Notes under the pieces: generated by a model | What the model saw: only the letters and a program-made list of their open reading frames with translations | Database searches by the model: none | Told to the model about the DNA's origin: nothing | Program-made: the position numbers and the translations under genes | In this document: positions 1 through 13,790 of the stretch, one piece after another | Numbering within the stretch: position 1 is the first letter of the stretch | Layout: the number at the start of each line of letters is the position of its first letter | From: Lama glama | Lineage: Eukaryota | Direction: 5' to 3' | Assembly (NCBI GenBank): GCA_028534125.1 | Contig: CM052817.1 | Location: forward strand, 81,656,001-81,720,000 | Length of the DNA stretch: 64,000 nt

Positions 1-473
1 TACATTTTCAAATTATAATGCAATATTTGTACACAGAATAACTATATATATATTTCACTTATATTGCTGATATATAATAATTACCCAAACTGCCTTGAGA
101 AATGAGGCTTAATATAGATTCAAACTAAGTAGATCAGTCTTGATTACAACATTTCTTTCACAACTAATAAGAAATAATCCAAACATTTGCTGAATATAAA
201 AAATGTCCCATGCTTCGTGGTATGTTCTGGAAATTCCAGTATATTTTAGATGAGAGATGTTGACCGTGAAGGAGTTCACTTCTGTGCTGAGGTGTAAGGT
301 TGGAGGAACTCCGGTCCAAAGGAGGGCATTGCCCTCCCTCCACTGTCCTCAGTGCAGCTCAGGTGGAGAGCTGACTCAGTGAGTGAGTGCAGCCTGGCAG
401 CTTGGGAGGCCTGAGTTGGGGGGAGGGAAGAGCACGGCTTCAACACAAGGGCCCACTCCTGGGAAAGGGACCA

Positions 474-1017
474 TCAGGACTTGGTGCTTGGCTGGTTTGT
501 AAAAGCCCCTTGTGATGTGCTGATTCTCATGACCTCTTCCAGAAACTTGAGCACTTTTAGCACCTCCGCCATCTCTTCTCGTACAGACTGCAGGGATCTC
601 TCTTTCTTCAGTTCTTGGACCGGAAAATTGAACTTTCTGTAAGTGTCAGCAAGGCTGGGTATACTTACTGGCTCCTTCTCTAGCCTGGCATTTTTTAAAG
701 TTGTCTCCATCTTGGCAAACTCCCTTTTAGCCACACAGATGAGGTGGCATTTCTCCGCAGTCTGTGCAGTCAGTGCTTTTGCCAGGTGCTTCTCATGTCT
801 TCCATTAAGTTGACTTCAACAGACTGAATAAGTCTGAAAGAAGCAAGACACCCACCAATAAGCTGAGGACAGGCAGACTCGACACTGTCTCCCAGTGGAG
901 GCTCTGGAACATGAGCTGAGAACACAGGCCACTGGGCAGCAGCAACACCAGGACCGCACTCAGCTTCCTAAGGATCAGCCCAAAGCCAAGCTCCACAGAG
1001 GACGGCAGCCCCTCCAG
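474..1017 (-). pseudogene. MIA2: Intronless, frameshifted cTAGE5/MIA2-like retro-pseudogene (N-terminal membrane anchor and start of coiled coil only)
   Basis: Joined minus-strand frames read LEGLPSSVELGFGLILRKLSAVLVLLLPSGL..LHWETVSSLPVLSLLVGVLL / FRLIQSV / SQLNGRHEKHLAKALTAQTAEKCHLICVAKREFAKMETTLKNARLEKEPVSIPSLADTYRKFN..QELKKERSLQSVREEMAEVLKVLKFLEE. This parallels the cTAGE5 N-terminus as recalled (MEEPGATPQPYLGLLLEEL..FPWELV..RSFRSVRSRLYVGREKKLA..SSLKDASFEKE..SLEATCEKLN..ELKEEKS..MADI). The start position reads gccCTGgag (1017-1015), with frameshifts near 839 and 818 and no introns. The symbol is the inferred parent family, not this locus. Confidence 0.8.
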
Positions 1018-3235
1018 GGCACTGACCCACCCAGGGCTCTGCCCGGTTACCGTGGACCCACCTGCACAACAAGCCCCAGGGGACACCCCAACAGTCTACC
1101 TGGAGCCCAACCAGCAGCTGACATCCTGGATTAGTCAGTATTCTGGTCAGTGTCGGTGGGGAGGAAGAAGGGGTTGTCAGAGGAGAGGGTTGTAACTAAA
1201 ATGTCATTTTCTCCATTATTGTCTAATGGTAATTTTTTCTTACTTCTTTCTTTTTGTGTTTATATCTGCATACAATAAAAATATAGTGAAATGTGTCAGT
1301 GTAAAGTTTATGACTTCACAAATCTTTCAAATTCCTAACCCTCGACAGTATCGGAAAAGTCAGTGTATGAACCATATGTTTGAATCACATCCATTAACAC
1401 ATCTGTCCTTTAATTTAAAGCCTGAGATAATGTGTCTGATTCAACTCAGTTTTGATTTAAAATGCATGTCTTTTTCTTTTTTTTTTTTTCCTGTCAATGC
1501 AGGGTCAGGGTCCTAAAGTTGGCTTTGTACTTATCCAGGGCTGAGGGTAAGAACCTATTTTATCAGGGTATTGTGTTTAGGACATGAGACTGTGTTGATG
1601 ATAACTGTGTATACATTGTTCACATATAACACACAGAAGGATAGAGTTTGTTAGTATAATTAGGAATCCTTAATTATCAAAATGTGTACTTATTTTGTAA
1701 GCACATTTAAGGGAATATTTCTGTACAAACTCACTAGATTTCACTTGCCACATGGCAATTTGATCCTTAGGAAACCATATATGGCAAATTTAGTCACTGC
1801 AAAAGATGGTACTGTTTAGGAAAGAACACATACACACACACATACATAACACAGAAGATAACACCAAAAAAGGCAACTCTTAAAATTGGACAGAACAAAA
1901 CTAGCAACATTTATGTCTATGCCCTTTAAATAAAAGCTGAACAAACTTTCAACAGAAAGAATTCATTTGGAAAACATTATCCTGTATTTTATTGGGCATA
2001 TAAACTTTGGGATCAGTTAAGTACAAGTTCATTACTGGATTTTAAAAACCAGATAGTTAAAAAGGCAGAAAGCTTCACTTCATTCTTTATCATATGGTGT
2101 CTTTTCTACATTTGTTCAGAACTCAAATGCTTAAATCATGACTGAACATGAAGAAAATAAATGTTATATGTTTTTCATAGAGAAATACAATTACTCCTAG
2201 TTGGTCATTAGTAAGTAAAATATGAAGGATATTCTGACACCCTCTATTAGGCTTTCTTTCCTAATCTTAAAACGGAGCATACAGATGTAGTGTTCTAGAC
2301 TAGATTTGGGGGACTTCTATCTATTTGGGGACTCATAGGCCTTAATGCTTCAGTATTCCCAATACAGATGTGTAGATGAAAAGAAGAAAAGGCTGTATCA
2401 TCTGAATGGAAGAAGACTCTCCCCAGACTAAACTGAGGGCCAAGGCAAATTGGGAGACGTGTGCTGAGATTGTTGTACGGTTGCTGGCAACTTTTAGGGA
2501 CCCCAAGTCCTTCGCAAATCTAACACATTTCATATCATGTAGACTCTGTTGTACTGTTGCTCAAGAATTGGAGGGGCGTGACAATTTCTCAGAAAAATTC
2601 TGGCTTTGTCTGTCTGTACCACAGTGGTCTATTTCCATTAGAGAAGAATTGATGTTTCCATCTGGGCAAGAAGAGTGGTCATGCTTTAGAACTTTAATAA
2701 TTAATTGTTACATTTATCCCTCGTCATTAGACTTTGAAATCATATGAATCTGCTATCATTAAACAGTGTAAAATATCATAATATCAGACTACTTTAAAAA
2801 GATGAACACCAGGATATTTAAAGAAGATTATTTAAGTACATGTTTGGTGCAAAAAGGAGAGAGGAGGGTGTGCTAAACTGTTTGGCTAGCATGGAGCTCA
2901 CATTCAATGGAAGGACTTCAGATTTAGACTTTTATCTTTTCTCCAACTGAAGTTATACATTAAATCAGAAAAGGGTTTTTTTGGTGAAATATTAGTTTTT
3001 AACATAAAAACTTAGATATTTTAAAATCTTACTTTCAAATTTCTTTTTAAATTTTTAATACATAAGTTTAAAAAATGTCCCAAGTCTCTCTTGACACACA
3101 ACTAAACTTGATTAGACACCTAGAATTTGAAATTAATTGGTTGAATTCCTTAGACAATACATTTCACGAATTTTAATTCTGTAATCTTTCATGACGCATC
3201 ACTGCAATAACACATCCTGCTCTGTATTTGCTGTA

Positions 3236-3470
3236 AGAGTAGTCAAGTGGTTGTCTAGTGTGTATTCAGAACGTGCGCTCCTGAGTCAGGTAGAGAATTG
3301 TTATGGTATATATCGTCCAAATTACATATCTTTTCTAAGTTTGGTTTCTTCATTTTTAAAGTGGGAATTTAATTGTTGACATGAGGATTAAACAAAATAC
3401 TGTAGCACCATACACAATGCCACACACATAATAAATGACCTACAAGTGTTAGCTAATACCACTATTATTA
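3236..3470 (+). mobile_element. MIR SINE
   Basis: MIR core-like 'ggtttcttcatttttaaagtggga..tgaggattaaa' and 3' end 'tgttagctaataccactattatta'. Confidence 0.7.
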
Positions 3471-4119
3471 AGAATGTCAAATACAACTTCATTTGATTCT
3501 CTAGACATAAATCTCTCTATATAAGGAATTTTGTTTAGAATTTATTACCAGGGAAAAAAAAATCTTTCTTTTTTTAATCTTGCTTTCCCACAAGGAATTG
3601 CTATGCTGCCCTCTTCCAGATAAAAGAAGAGCAATGTGACTTATGTTTAGCTTTTTACTCTCACTGCCAAACAGTTTTGTGTCAACTTGAAAGTCCAATT
3701 TTAGAAAATGTATTTACCTTCACTCTCGTTATATTTACATTCATTTTCTTTTCTTGGTCTTACTGTTCCCTTTTAAGTGTATTGGTGATACACATTTTTA
3801 ATAGTGACAGATTTCTAATGCTTCTTATGGTGAGGGACTGGGGTGTGTTACAGGAATTGTAAATCAGTATCGTTTGATTTTGAACTTGATGTCTAAGTAT
3901 AGTTTCACAACTGGTGAACTACATTTTCCTGGAGCCTTTTATAGTGAGAAAAAACACATCCCAAGGTAGGAGAGACTTCAGAATCACAATTCTGGTTAAA
4001 TGAACTAAGATACCTTCCACATGTGAATGCACATGGAAAGTTTAATTTATTATTAGATAATCAGATTTAACAGTTTACTTAATAATTATAATCAAAGACA
4101 GTCTGTCATGTGACTATAA

Positions 4120-4910
4120 GAGGTTCAATATCAGAAACTCTATCAAAATAACCCACTATGTTATTAAACAAAGGGAATAAAAATCAGGTATCAGTCGACC
4201 CCAAAAATATTTGATTAGGTTCATCTACTATTTTTCATTCAAAAATTTCTATTAGCAAACTGGAAAGGGAATAAAATTTTTTTTAATTTATAAGGGTTAT
4301 TTACCAAAAATATTATGTCAAATGCTATTCTTAATGGAGAAAATTTAGATTCATTTCATTTAACTTAGAAAAAAAGATACTCATTATACAGCAAAGATTT
4401 AACATAGTACCAGAAATATTGGTCAAAGCTATAAAGAATAAACAGCTAAAATAAAAGGTGTAAGGATTTGAGGGAAATGAAATGATGAAACTCTTATTTT
4501 CAGATATTTGATCATATAAAACTAAGCAGCAATCACTAAACAAACTATTTAAATGAATAGAAAATTTAACAAAAGCAGTTCTTCACTTTAATACTTTCCA
4601 ATTAGAAAACAAAATTTAAACATTTCTTTATCAATAGCAACAACAACTATAAAATACCTAAAAGTTAACCTAAACTAGTACACACATGATCTCTATGGAC
4701 AAAGTTTAAAACTTTTATAAAAATCAGAGAATATAATCAGATCATATTGGGACTCTTCAATGATTCTTGATGGACTGAATTAATATTATAAGGATCTAGA
4801 TTCCTCTCAAGTTAAAATATGAATTCAATGAAACTACATTCAAAATCAAAGTACAATTTTAAGAAACTTGATACATTTTCTCTAAAATTAACCTGGAAGT
4901 TAAAGGCCCC
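4120..4910 (+). mobile_element. Old L1 ORF2 fragment (decayed)
   Basis: A-rich with L1 ORF2-like runs 'ggttcaatatcagaaa', 'agcaaactggaaaggga', 'cttaatggagaaaatttaga', 'taatattataaggat'. Confidence 0.75.
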
Positions 4911-4929
4911 TGGGTGACATCTAATTTTG

Positions 4930-5610
4930 GCCACGACAAAGTGGATTCAGTAAAGAAGTAACACTTCCACTGATAACAACTACAAAAGCTGAACCAAATA
5001 GATTCAGTAAACATTGGAAGGTGTGGGAGGCCTATCAACAGGCACGATGTAGGGAGCTATGATCCCTTAAAGAGGAAGGGCACATAAGGGGAGCCCCACA
5101 TGCACCTGAGCTTTATTCTCTGGAGCACTGTCCAAATAACAGTGTTAGAGGACAAGCAAAGAGAAGGCCATAAGCCTGAAGGACTAAAGAGGAAACTGTT
5201 GGCATTCGGGGCTGCCAGAAGACTGGATCCTGACTGGTAAAATCCCCGAGAGAGCAGCCAACAGATGCTCCAAATCTTCCCTTTAAGTCATACCTCTATC
5301 CCTAAATTGGACATGCCAAGAGTAAGACTCTAAAACCCCCACCAGCAAAAGCAGCTGGGAAGCCAAAGAGTTGAGGAGATATCTGTGAAATGCGTGGTGC
5401 TGGGAAGAGAGATTGCAGTTCAGGTCTTGCACACAGAAGCAGCCTTCATAAATGTCCTGATATTGGGATTGGGATCCCAGAGAGCAAGGCTTTAAGAATA
5501 AGGGCAACCCCCTGGAGTAAGAAAAACATCCTAGAATAAAAGCCTTAGCACTGAAGGCAATACTAAAATAAACCTATCCATCGAAAGTCAAAAAAATCAA
5601 GCCTGAGAGG
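4930..5610 (+). mobile_element. Probable old L1M 5' region fragment
   Basis: 'cttccactgataacaactacaaaagctgaaccaaata' followed by purine-rich sequence resembling old L1M 5' regions; adjacent to the L1 ORF2 fragment. Confidence 0.45.
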
Positions 5611-5744
5611 AAATACAACTGTACGTTGTTACATTAGAAACATAACTTTTAAAACCACCTTCCAGAAAGGTACTTTGGCTTGCATGATTCTAAGAAATCT
5701 AATAGACTTCTAGCACAATTCATCACCATGATATACCCACATTT

Positions 5745-5882
5745 TTTTATGTGATTCTCTCTAAACTTACTGTAAACTTCATGAAGTTATAGATTCTGTG
5801 TTATAACTGATCACTGTATCAGCAATAAGCCACATAGCACTATTATATATATATTTGATAAAAGCTTGTTAAATAAATAAAA
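5745..5882 (+). mobile_element. L2 LINE 3' tail
   Basis: 'actgtaaacttcatgaag..gatcactgtatc..gcttgttaaataaataa' resembles the L2 3' terminus. Confidence 0.6.
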
Positions 5883-8099
5883 TACTTCTTTCAGTTCATA
5901 GTACCCACCCTATCTGATGCTTTTAGTCTTGGCTATTCCTTGAGTATCCTTGTACCCTGTCAATCTGACCTTTCTCGTCTGGCTGCACAAAGAATGCTGG
6001 TCTTAAGTTTTAAACTCAAGTCTTCACTGTCCTTAGCTGTGACTGATAAATTTCTTGACTTGTCATGTGTACGAGGCAAAGTCAGAATAAATCACTGTAT
6101 GCTAGATCATAGTGGTACAATCTTAGAAGGTATAAATAAATGTTGTTTTTATAACTAAGTTAAATTATTTAAGGAACTTGGAGCAGTGTCTGATGCATCA
6201 CAACTATCTAATTTTATTTAGATTATTCTATTTAAAATTAATCTGTCCAAAAGGACTCCAGAAACTTGCAAAGAAAAAGTAGAGGACATGCATTGCTAAC
6301 TGCTAATGATTAATATTTTTAGTCAAATGAACTATTATAAAAGTAAACATAGCATATAACAACTTTAAGATTATAGCAGTGGCATATATGAAATAGGAAT
6401 GCTTATCTTTTTGAAGAACATTTAAAAAATAACATGCTCATATAGAACAGCAGTAGAATAGTAATTCCTTGCTATTGTGATTCATGCGTTGCTTGAATCT
6501 TCATGAGAGACATCTAACTGGCTGAGTTAATGCTCATTAATTATAGTTTAGAAGTCAATTATTTCCCAGAAGAGAAAGGCATATGTTATTATATATGTAA
6601 AATGCATAATAAAACTGTATATTGATATTAGGAAAATGTATAATAATACACTGAGAACTTAAGTAGAAGTGTGAAAAATGGAACATGCTGTCCTCAACAT
6701 GAACTTAGCAATCAGTATCATTATACAAAGTAAATACCCACCATTAGCAACTGTGTACACAGTATGTGAAAGCAATTCTCTTATTTTTTCCTAAGAACAG
6801 GCAAACAGTAAAAACAGTTATAATTTCTTTATTCTACATTCGATACATTTCAGCACAATAAACTTGCTTGAAATACAATATTTTTAGATAAAATGTAAGT
6901 AATGTGTTATCTAAGAGCTTTAAAGAATTTTCCATATAGCTTTCTTTTTATGGCAAATTAACTTGTTTATTCCTTGAAGAGATTCCATTTTACTAAGGAA
7001 AAAATTTCAATATATAAGATTCACATGCGCATCTGAACATTTTCATTGTTGTATAGTAAATTGACTTTACAAAGCTATAAACTATTCTGGGTTTATGGGC
7101 TTTTGGAAATAATGACCTCCGTTAGAGTTTGTAATGCATTTCTGGGCGATATCATAAAAAATGTGTCAGCAGATTAATTTTTCCTTTAAAATGATCACCT
7201 ATGCATATATTCATAAAAGAATCTCTGTGGACTATTTCAAATTTGTATGCATGTATCTTCACTTTGAAATTTTACAGGAAATGTATATGTTTCCATATAT
7301 ATGACCAGATTTCAGTCGCAACATAAAAAGATCTCTACTTTGAAATGTGTGCTTATGTAGCAATATAAAAATACTTACCAGTTACTTATCAGACTTCTGC
7401 CTAACAACTTAGCAGAAAACCATTCCTTAAATATTTATAAATTAAATTATTTGAATACACATATTAGCTGGTCTTTCCACCGACCTCTTATTCTTGCATA
7501 ACAAGTTTTATACTTTCATGTGTTCTCGTTTCTTCTCATGAAGAATAAATGGTCTTTTATACTACGATGGAAGATGAAAATATATTTTCTTCCATTAATA
7601 GTAATAATAAATTGTGGAAGTATTATTGTCTTTTCTTAAATAGCGTTTTAATTATCTATGAGTATAAATAATCTTGTTAAATAATATTGCAAGAAAAATA
7701 TATTTCCTGTATATTGCAATATAATGACTTGAAAATTGAGCTATTTTGAAATATTAATATTTTCATTGATTTAAATATAATCACTACTTATTATAAATAT
7801 AAACTGAGACTATATCTCTTACACAATTTACTAAGGAATTTACAATAGTTACAGGATAGAAATACCAAACATGAGCCCCTAAATAAGTTCTGAAATTGAA
7901 ACATCATTAAGTCATGCCCTTACATTAATTAATCTCAGCTTCTGAACTTTCAAAACATTATGTCCTGTTGACTTCATTACTCTCTGCCTTGTATTGTTTA
8001 CCTATCAATCTATTATGCAGTATTATATATACATATATGGATAAATATAAAATAAAATAAACATTTTATATGATGTATATATATAAAAGATATATCTAA

Positions 8100-8215
8100 T
8101 TTCATCTTCTAGGATGTAAGATCTTTACACACAGGATCTTGTCTGTATGTCCCTCAGCTGCTAACATACAATTTTTACAAAGCAAAGGCTCAGCAAATGT
8201 TTTTTATCAAAGGTT
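8100..8215 (+). mobile_element. L2 LINE 3' tail
   Basis: 'ctaggatgtaagatc..caggatcttgtctgt..ctcagcaaatgtttt'. Confidence 0.5.
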
Positions 8216-11036
8216 AGATCAATATTTCATCTTACATTTCAATTACTTAAAGGTCAAATAAGCAATAATGAAAGCTAATATTTATTGGGTGGTTTCTATG
8301 TGGCAGCCATTGTTCAGTCTGCCTTAACCCCTAAGGTACCATAGAATGAAAATGTTAATAAACAGTTTATATGAATTATTAGTTCCTGCTGATGGTCTAA
8401 ATCAATTTAATTTTTTTTATTTAAATAATTTAGATAGAAATTTTGGGAAAATATTCAAATGAATAAAATAAGAATTTGAAAAAATAAACCAGATTTATTA
8501 TTGAAAAGAATAAAAAATTGAAAATAATATCAGCTTCTTCAGAGTTTGAATTATCTTGGGAAAAAAGCTGGCCAAGGTAAAGCAAATAGAAATAAAATTG
8601 TTTCTAATACTGTGTTGCTTAAAATTGACTAAGTAGATACTCTCCCAGATTTGTACTATGGGACCTATTCAGCATCACTGTGAGATAAATGAGGTGTTTT
8701 ATTAAATCCCCTTGGAATCACATGTCCTGCCTCCATTATCAAGAGTATTTCTAACATCTTACATTGTAGAAACTGTTGCTTTCTTGAAAATATATTGTTT
8801 TTACTTATTTTGCTCTTGAAAACAAATGCTAATAGATTATTTGGGTTTTTTAGAAAATAATTTCTATTATTTGCATAATTTAATCTAATTTTAATTTGTG
8901 TTTCTTTTTCATCTAAGTAAAAATAGTATATAATCTACCCATGACTTTGCAAATTATCACAGTTTCATGGAGAATGATTCAACAAAAACATCCTTCTCTT
9001 GATTTTGAGACATAAATTATCTAAATTCACATCCAATGAAAGTCAATATCCCATTAGATTCCAAGAGACACGTTAATGGCTCTTTTCAGTGCTTTATTTT
9101 GGAGCAGATGGGAGTGCCACAGCAGAAGCTGAGGACGTGCTTGAAAACAAAAAACATGGTGTCAGAGCTTTGAGATAGCCATTTAAGGATAGAAAGAGAA
9201 AACTCTTCAGGAAGACAGTGATGTTTTCGATAAAGAGGTTACTTTTCCTTTAAAAGTAAAAATGCACAGGAAGAAAGGGAAATAAATACCTTGAATGTCA
9301 TCCTTGTGAATGGCAGTGAGACTTGCTCTTGCTGGGGACAGGCCAGAGTGACATATATATTCATTTAAAAGCCATGGCTTTTATTTTAAATGTGATTATT
9401 TCCCTCTGTGCCCATAAATTAAGGGCAGCTACTATTAAATTTAATTACTTTCTGTAGCAGCCTGCAGCTGGGGAATATTTCCCTCTCAGAAGGGGTGATT
9501 ACAAAGAGAGAACTCTTCTAAACAAAGATCATGCCCTCCTGTTTACATCCATTCATATATCCCGGGCTGAGAAATGGGGCCACATAATACAAATAGAAAT
9601 TTGGTTAAAGAAAATAAAGACCAAATTACAACATTATGACAGAATTGCTATTAGTAAATCTGAGTATTTTCCTTATGGAAATACACTGGGTGCAATGAGC
9701 AACAGTGATTGTTTATCATTCCCTACCTACTGCTTTGGAAAACAAATGATAGGAACTGTCTCAGTAATAAGCACCATCTGGGAAATGATCGTGGCTTCTG
9801 GCACGTTATTTTTTTCAGCATTTAGTTTACAAAAGTCTGGTAGGGATTCATCAAATTGGCCAACAAAATTCATAATGCTCTTAAGGCAATGAGGTCTTCT
9901 TTGTACTGTACTATAAAAATGAGGAAATGTATTTATGATGCTTTGGAATGTACAGCTCACAGTGATACAGTTACACAAAGGTACAGACCAAACTAAGAGT
10001 GAGTTTTCCAACTGCAAGCATCATTCCTGATCTCATTCATACAATCATGTTTAGTTGAACTTAGTTGTGTTGAGAGTGACAAAAGTTTATTGAGAATTTA
10101 CTAACTTCACATCTTCTATGCAAAATTACCTAATTTTTTCTACCCTGTCCCATATCAAATAAAGTAAGTCTCTTTCATATCAAGGTAAGGATTAACCAAT
10201 GCTTCTTCTGACAATGAATGTGAAGGTAAGGACAGGAATTGTGCTTACTATATTAAAGCATATCTAAGTGTGTTGTGTTGTACATTTTAATTTAAAATAT
10301 ATCAAGTCTTTTTATTTTAGCATTTAATAGAAAATAGTAAGCTGAACCATTTAAGAGAGTCTAGGTTGAACTGAGCAGGAGAACCTCCATGGCCAGCAAG
10401 AAAGAGAATGAGTGTCAAAATAATAACAATAACAGTAATAATAATAGATTGATGGAAAAGACTACAGAGTTGTAACTTTTTTTAATAGTACGAGACAAGC
10501 AAATAGAAAAGAGATGAACAGGAAGGAGCAAAGAGTTTGCCTTTCTCTCCTGAGAAGGTAATGGACAGATCTGCATATGAATCAGAGTTTTCCAACTAAT
10601 CCAGAAAGTGAGCAACTGCTGAGAACAGGGAGGATCTGGAAAAAGCCACCAGCCAAGCCAGGGAGACTATAGGATTTCTAGAGAGACCCTCCAGAACCAG
10701 CACAGCAACATTTTCCACAAGGCTTCCTCCCTGCCCAGATAGAACTGGAGTCTTTTCACTCTCAGTCATTATACTGGAGATGAAATATATTTGAATAACT
10801 GACACCTGCTAGCCTGAGGGACCAGCTTTTTGTAATTTTTTTTATATTAAAAAATTTTAATTAGGTATCTCAATTAGAATTCAAAAATTAATCAGTGTTG
10901 CCTTCAAAATCATCACACTGGTAGGTCATGCAGATTTTTTAAAACATTACTGCCACTTATCGAGACAGTTGGAGAGCATTTCTTTTAGAATTATATTCGG
11001 AGTCACTTTGAAGCCACATCCTCACTACCCTACTTC

Positions 11037-11585
11037 TGTTACCCAAAAGATAAAGACCCCAGTTCTTGTCTTACCCAAAATATAAGATTTACAGACAGGA
11101 GATGGAAAGTGTTGTGTAGCAAAAAGATTTTAAAAGATTTATTTAGAAAAGGAAAAGTACACTTCCAAAACCAGGGGGCAGGCTGATCCAAGGGAAGAAA
11201 AGTGGTGGGTTTTGTCTTCCCTTTCTCTTATACCCTCGCTTAGGGGTGGTCTCTTGATTGATTGACAGCCCTTATCCCTGGAGTGCTTAGTCATGTCTGG
11301 CGCCCTTTGTGCATGTCCTTACCCATGGTGTACACAGAAAAACCCATGGAGGGGCCTAAACTGAAATGTTAATTATAATACAGTGAACATTGTGTCGTGG
11401 CCGGTTAAGTCCTTTCTGTGACCGTGCAGTCACGGCTGTTGGGTTCTGACCAATTTCTCACTGGCACTCATTTAGAAGAAATAAAGTTCCTTTATGCTGG
11501 AGGTGGGCACAGCCCCATCTTCCGGACCACCCTCCCTCTCCTCCTCCTATCTGCCTAGTACCCCCAAGTATCTAACTACCTAACA
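11037..11585 (-). mobile_element. Solo ERV LTR (ERV1-like), 549 bp
   Basis: TGTTA...TAACA termini; exact 4-bp TSD CTTC (11033-11036 and 11586-11589); minus-strand TATA-like box (11225-11232) upstream of AATAAA (11138-11143). Confidence 0.85.
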
Positions 11586-13499
11586 CTTCCAAAACAAACT
11601 AGAGAAAACAGGCTTGCAGCACAATCTCCAAGTAAAGGCAAGAACATCTACAACAACTTGTCAGGCTACCTCTTACAGGGAGCTTCTGTCCAAACCCTTT
11701 CACAACCAGAAAGTCTAGTCTATTTCAAAAGAAAGCCCATTCAACTTTGTATATGAGTTTTAATAGTCTAATCACCTCTCTCACTCTTTGGATTCCAAGG
11801 ACGTTAGGATATTTCCAAAACTCAAATTCGCCTTTGATGGATGGCTCTTTGCCACTACTTAGTAATGCTCAGTGAACTAGCTTTTCCTGCTCAAAGGTAG
11901 TTGCTAGCTTTTCAATAAACTTGCAAGATCATACAAGGAAAATATCTCTTATTAATATACCCAAGACTTTTTTTCTTTCTTTTTAATTGTACAGATAGGT
12001 TCTCTGCATGACTAGAGATTTTCAAATTCTGAATTACCAGAAAGAAAATTAGTATCACTATATTTCACATAAAAATAGATACTTTCAAATATTATTGGAT
12101 GTTAGTTGTAAGGTACTAAATCACTTACATCATAAAGTATGGTACAGTGTAAAGAAATTTCTCAACATTTTACCTACTTCAATAAAATTAATTTTAGCTA
12201 CAACATAATTTTGAAGTAAAAATATTTTCATATTAACCTGATATATCAGTGTTGAGGTTTTTAATATTTCCTACCAGTGCTCGTCTACATGCATGAAATA
12301 ATTTTACATGGTGATCATCATTTAGATGTAATCTCACTCATATTTTAATAAGCATATGATTAATACTTTAAATACAAAAATATTTGAAAGACCCTTTAAA
12401 GTAATACCTGTCACTAAAGGTAAATGAATCTAAATTTTCTCAAAGGCTTTTATTTATGTAACATTAGCACCAATGCCATAACCTAATTTAGAATTACCCC
12501 ATTGTGGACAAACAAACAAAAGAGAACAAAAGCTTTGAGAGTTGTGTTTGCAACAATTATTCAAGACATTTTCTCTTTACCAGTTCAGCTACCTTATACC
12601 TGTATTTTTCTATATAACCAAATTCTAATCAATATTTCTCACTAACATTTAGTTCTTTTGAATTTTTTCCCAGATTGCTAATGACTCTGTGTGCTAGTTT
12701 TTTCCTTTCAATAGATTTTTATAGTCTTAAGTAGTTGATTTATTTTTATAGTCCATTTACCACATAGCAGATATCTTTCTAAAAATTTTTGGTTTTAGCT
12801 TCTCTTTGTCTCTCTCTGCTTCAATCACCTCTCTCTCTTATTCAAACCCACACAATTATACATCAAAAAATGAAAAAAGGCAGAACAAAACAAAAGCAAC
12901 CATCCACTTGGCAGGGCAGGGAAAGGAGTGGCAGTGCGGACCTGCATTACTGAGCTGAATGATGAGGCAGGAATGCACAGGAGCTGTTTTTCCTGGATCA
13001 GTAATCTTATGGTTCAGTGATAATTCCACAGGGATCAATGAACAAGGATGAAAGAAAACAAAATGAAAATGTTCCTGTCATGAGACCATTTATAAGCAAT
13101 ATTTGAAAACCTTGCTACCTTTTAAAAGAATGTTGCTGTTTGCCATTCACAAACTGTAAAAACTACCCATGCAAGTTGTTATAAAATTTACTCCAGCATT
13201 ATTGAAAGATTTTTATCAATGTCTGTGGAAATCAAATCAACAAAGATTTCCAAAGCATCTATAAAATACGTTACAGAGAAGCAGCTGGAATAAGTTCACT
13301 TTGTATGCATATATATATATACATATAGATACACGTCTCATACCAAAAAGGCTTAAGAGGGTTCATAAAATTATATTAAACGCAACAAGGTAAAAAGGCA
13401 TTTAAAGTACAAAAATGAGGTAAACAGAAAATAAAACTACAAAAGGAAAATAGAGCTAAGAATGAGGATGGTGTAAAACTCATATATATAAAGATGTAC

Positions 13500-13790
13500 A
13501 TGGCAGAGAAATATTTTTTACTTCCCCCTTTTAACCCCTTTCTATTCTGTGTATTTCTAGTCTTTCAGCTAAGATTTGTACTGGTGCAATTCTGATCAAT
13601 GAGATTAAGCAGAAATATTTCGAATGACATCTCACAAATGTTTACTTTCTGATAATTATGAAACAGTTTTATATTACTCTCTGACAAAGACCTTTGTCTC
13701 TTGCTTTGTCTTTGACTGTGAAATGAGAAAGTACTGTGAGGAGCTCTTGCAGTCATTTTGTGGCCATGAGAACACAGAGATTTCAGTCTC
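13500..13790 (+). mobile_element. Old MaLR (MLT1-type) LTR fragment
   Basis: 'tgcaattctgatcaatgagattaagcagaaat' and 'gcagtcattttgtggccatgag' resemble old MLT1 motifs. Confidence 0.55.

Noticed and set aside
474..1134. ORFs 474-734, 805-1086 and 895-1134 as independent genes
   Set aside because: The first two are frameshifted pieces of one pseudogene; the third is its antisense shadow.
2406..2747. 113-aa ORF
   Set aside because: No recognisable homology or domain; consistent with chance.
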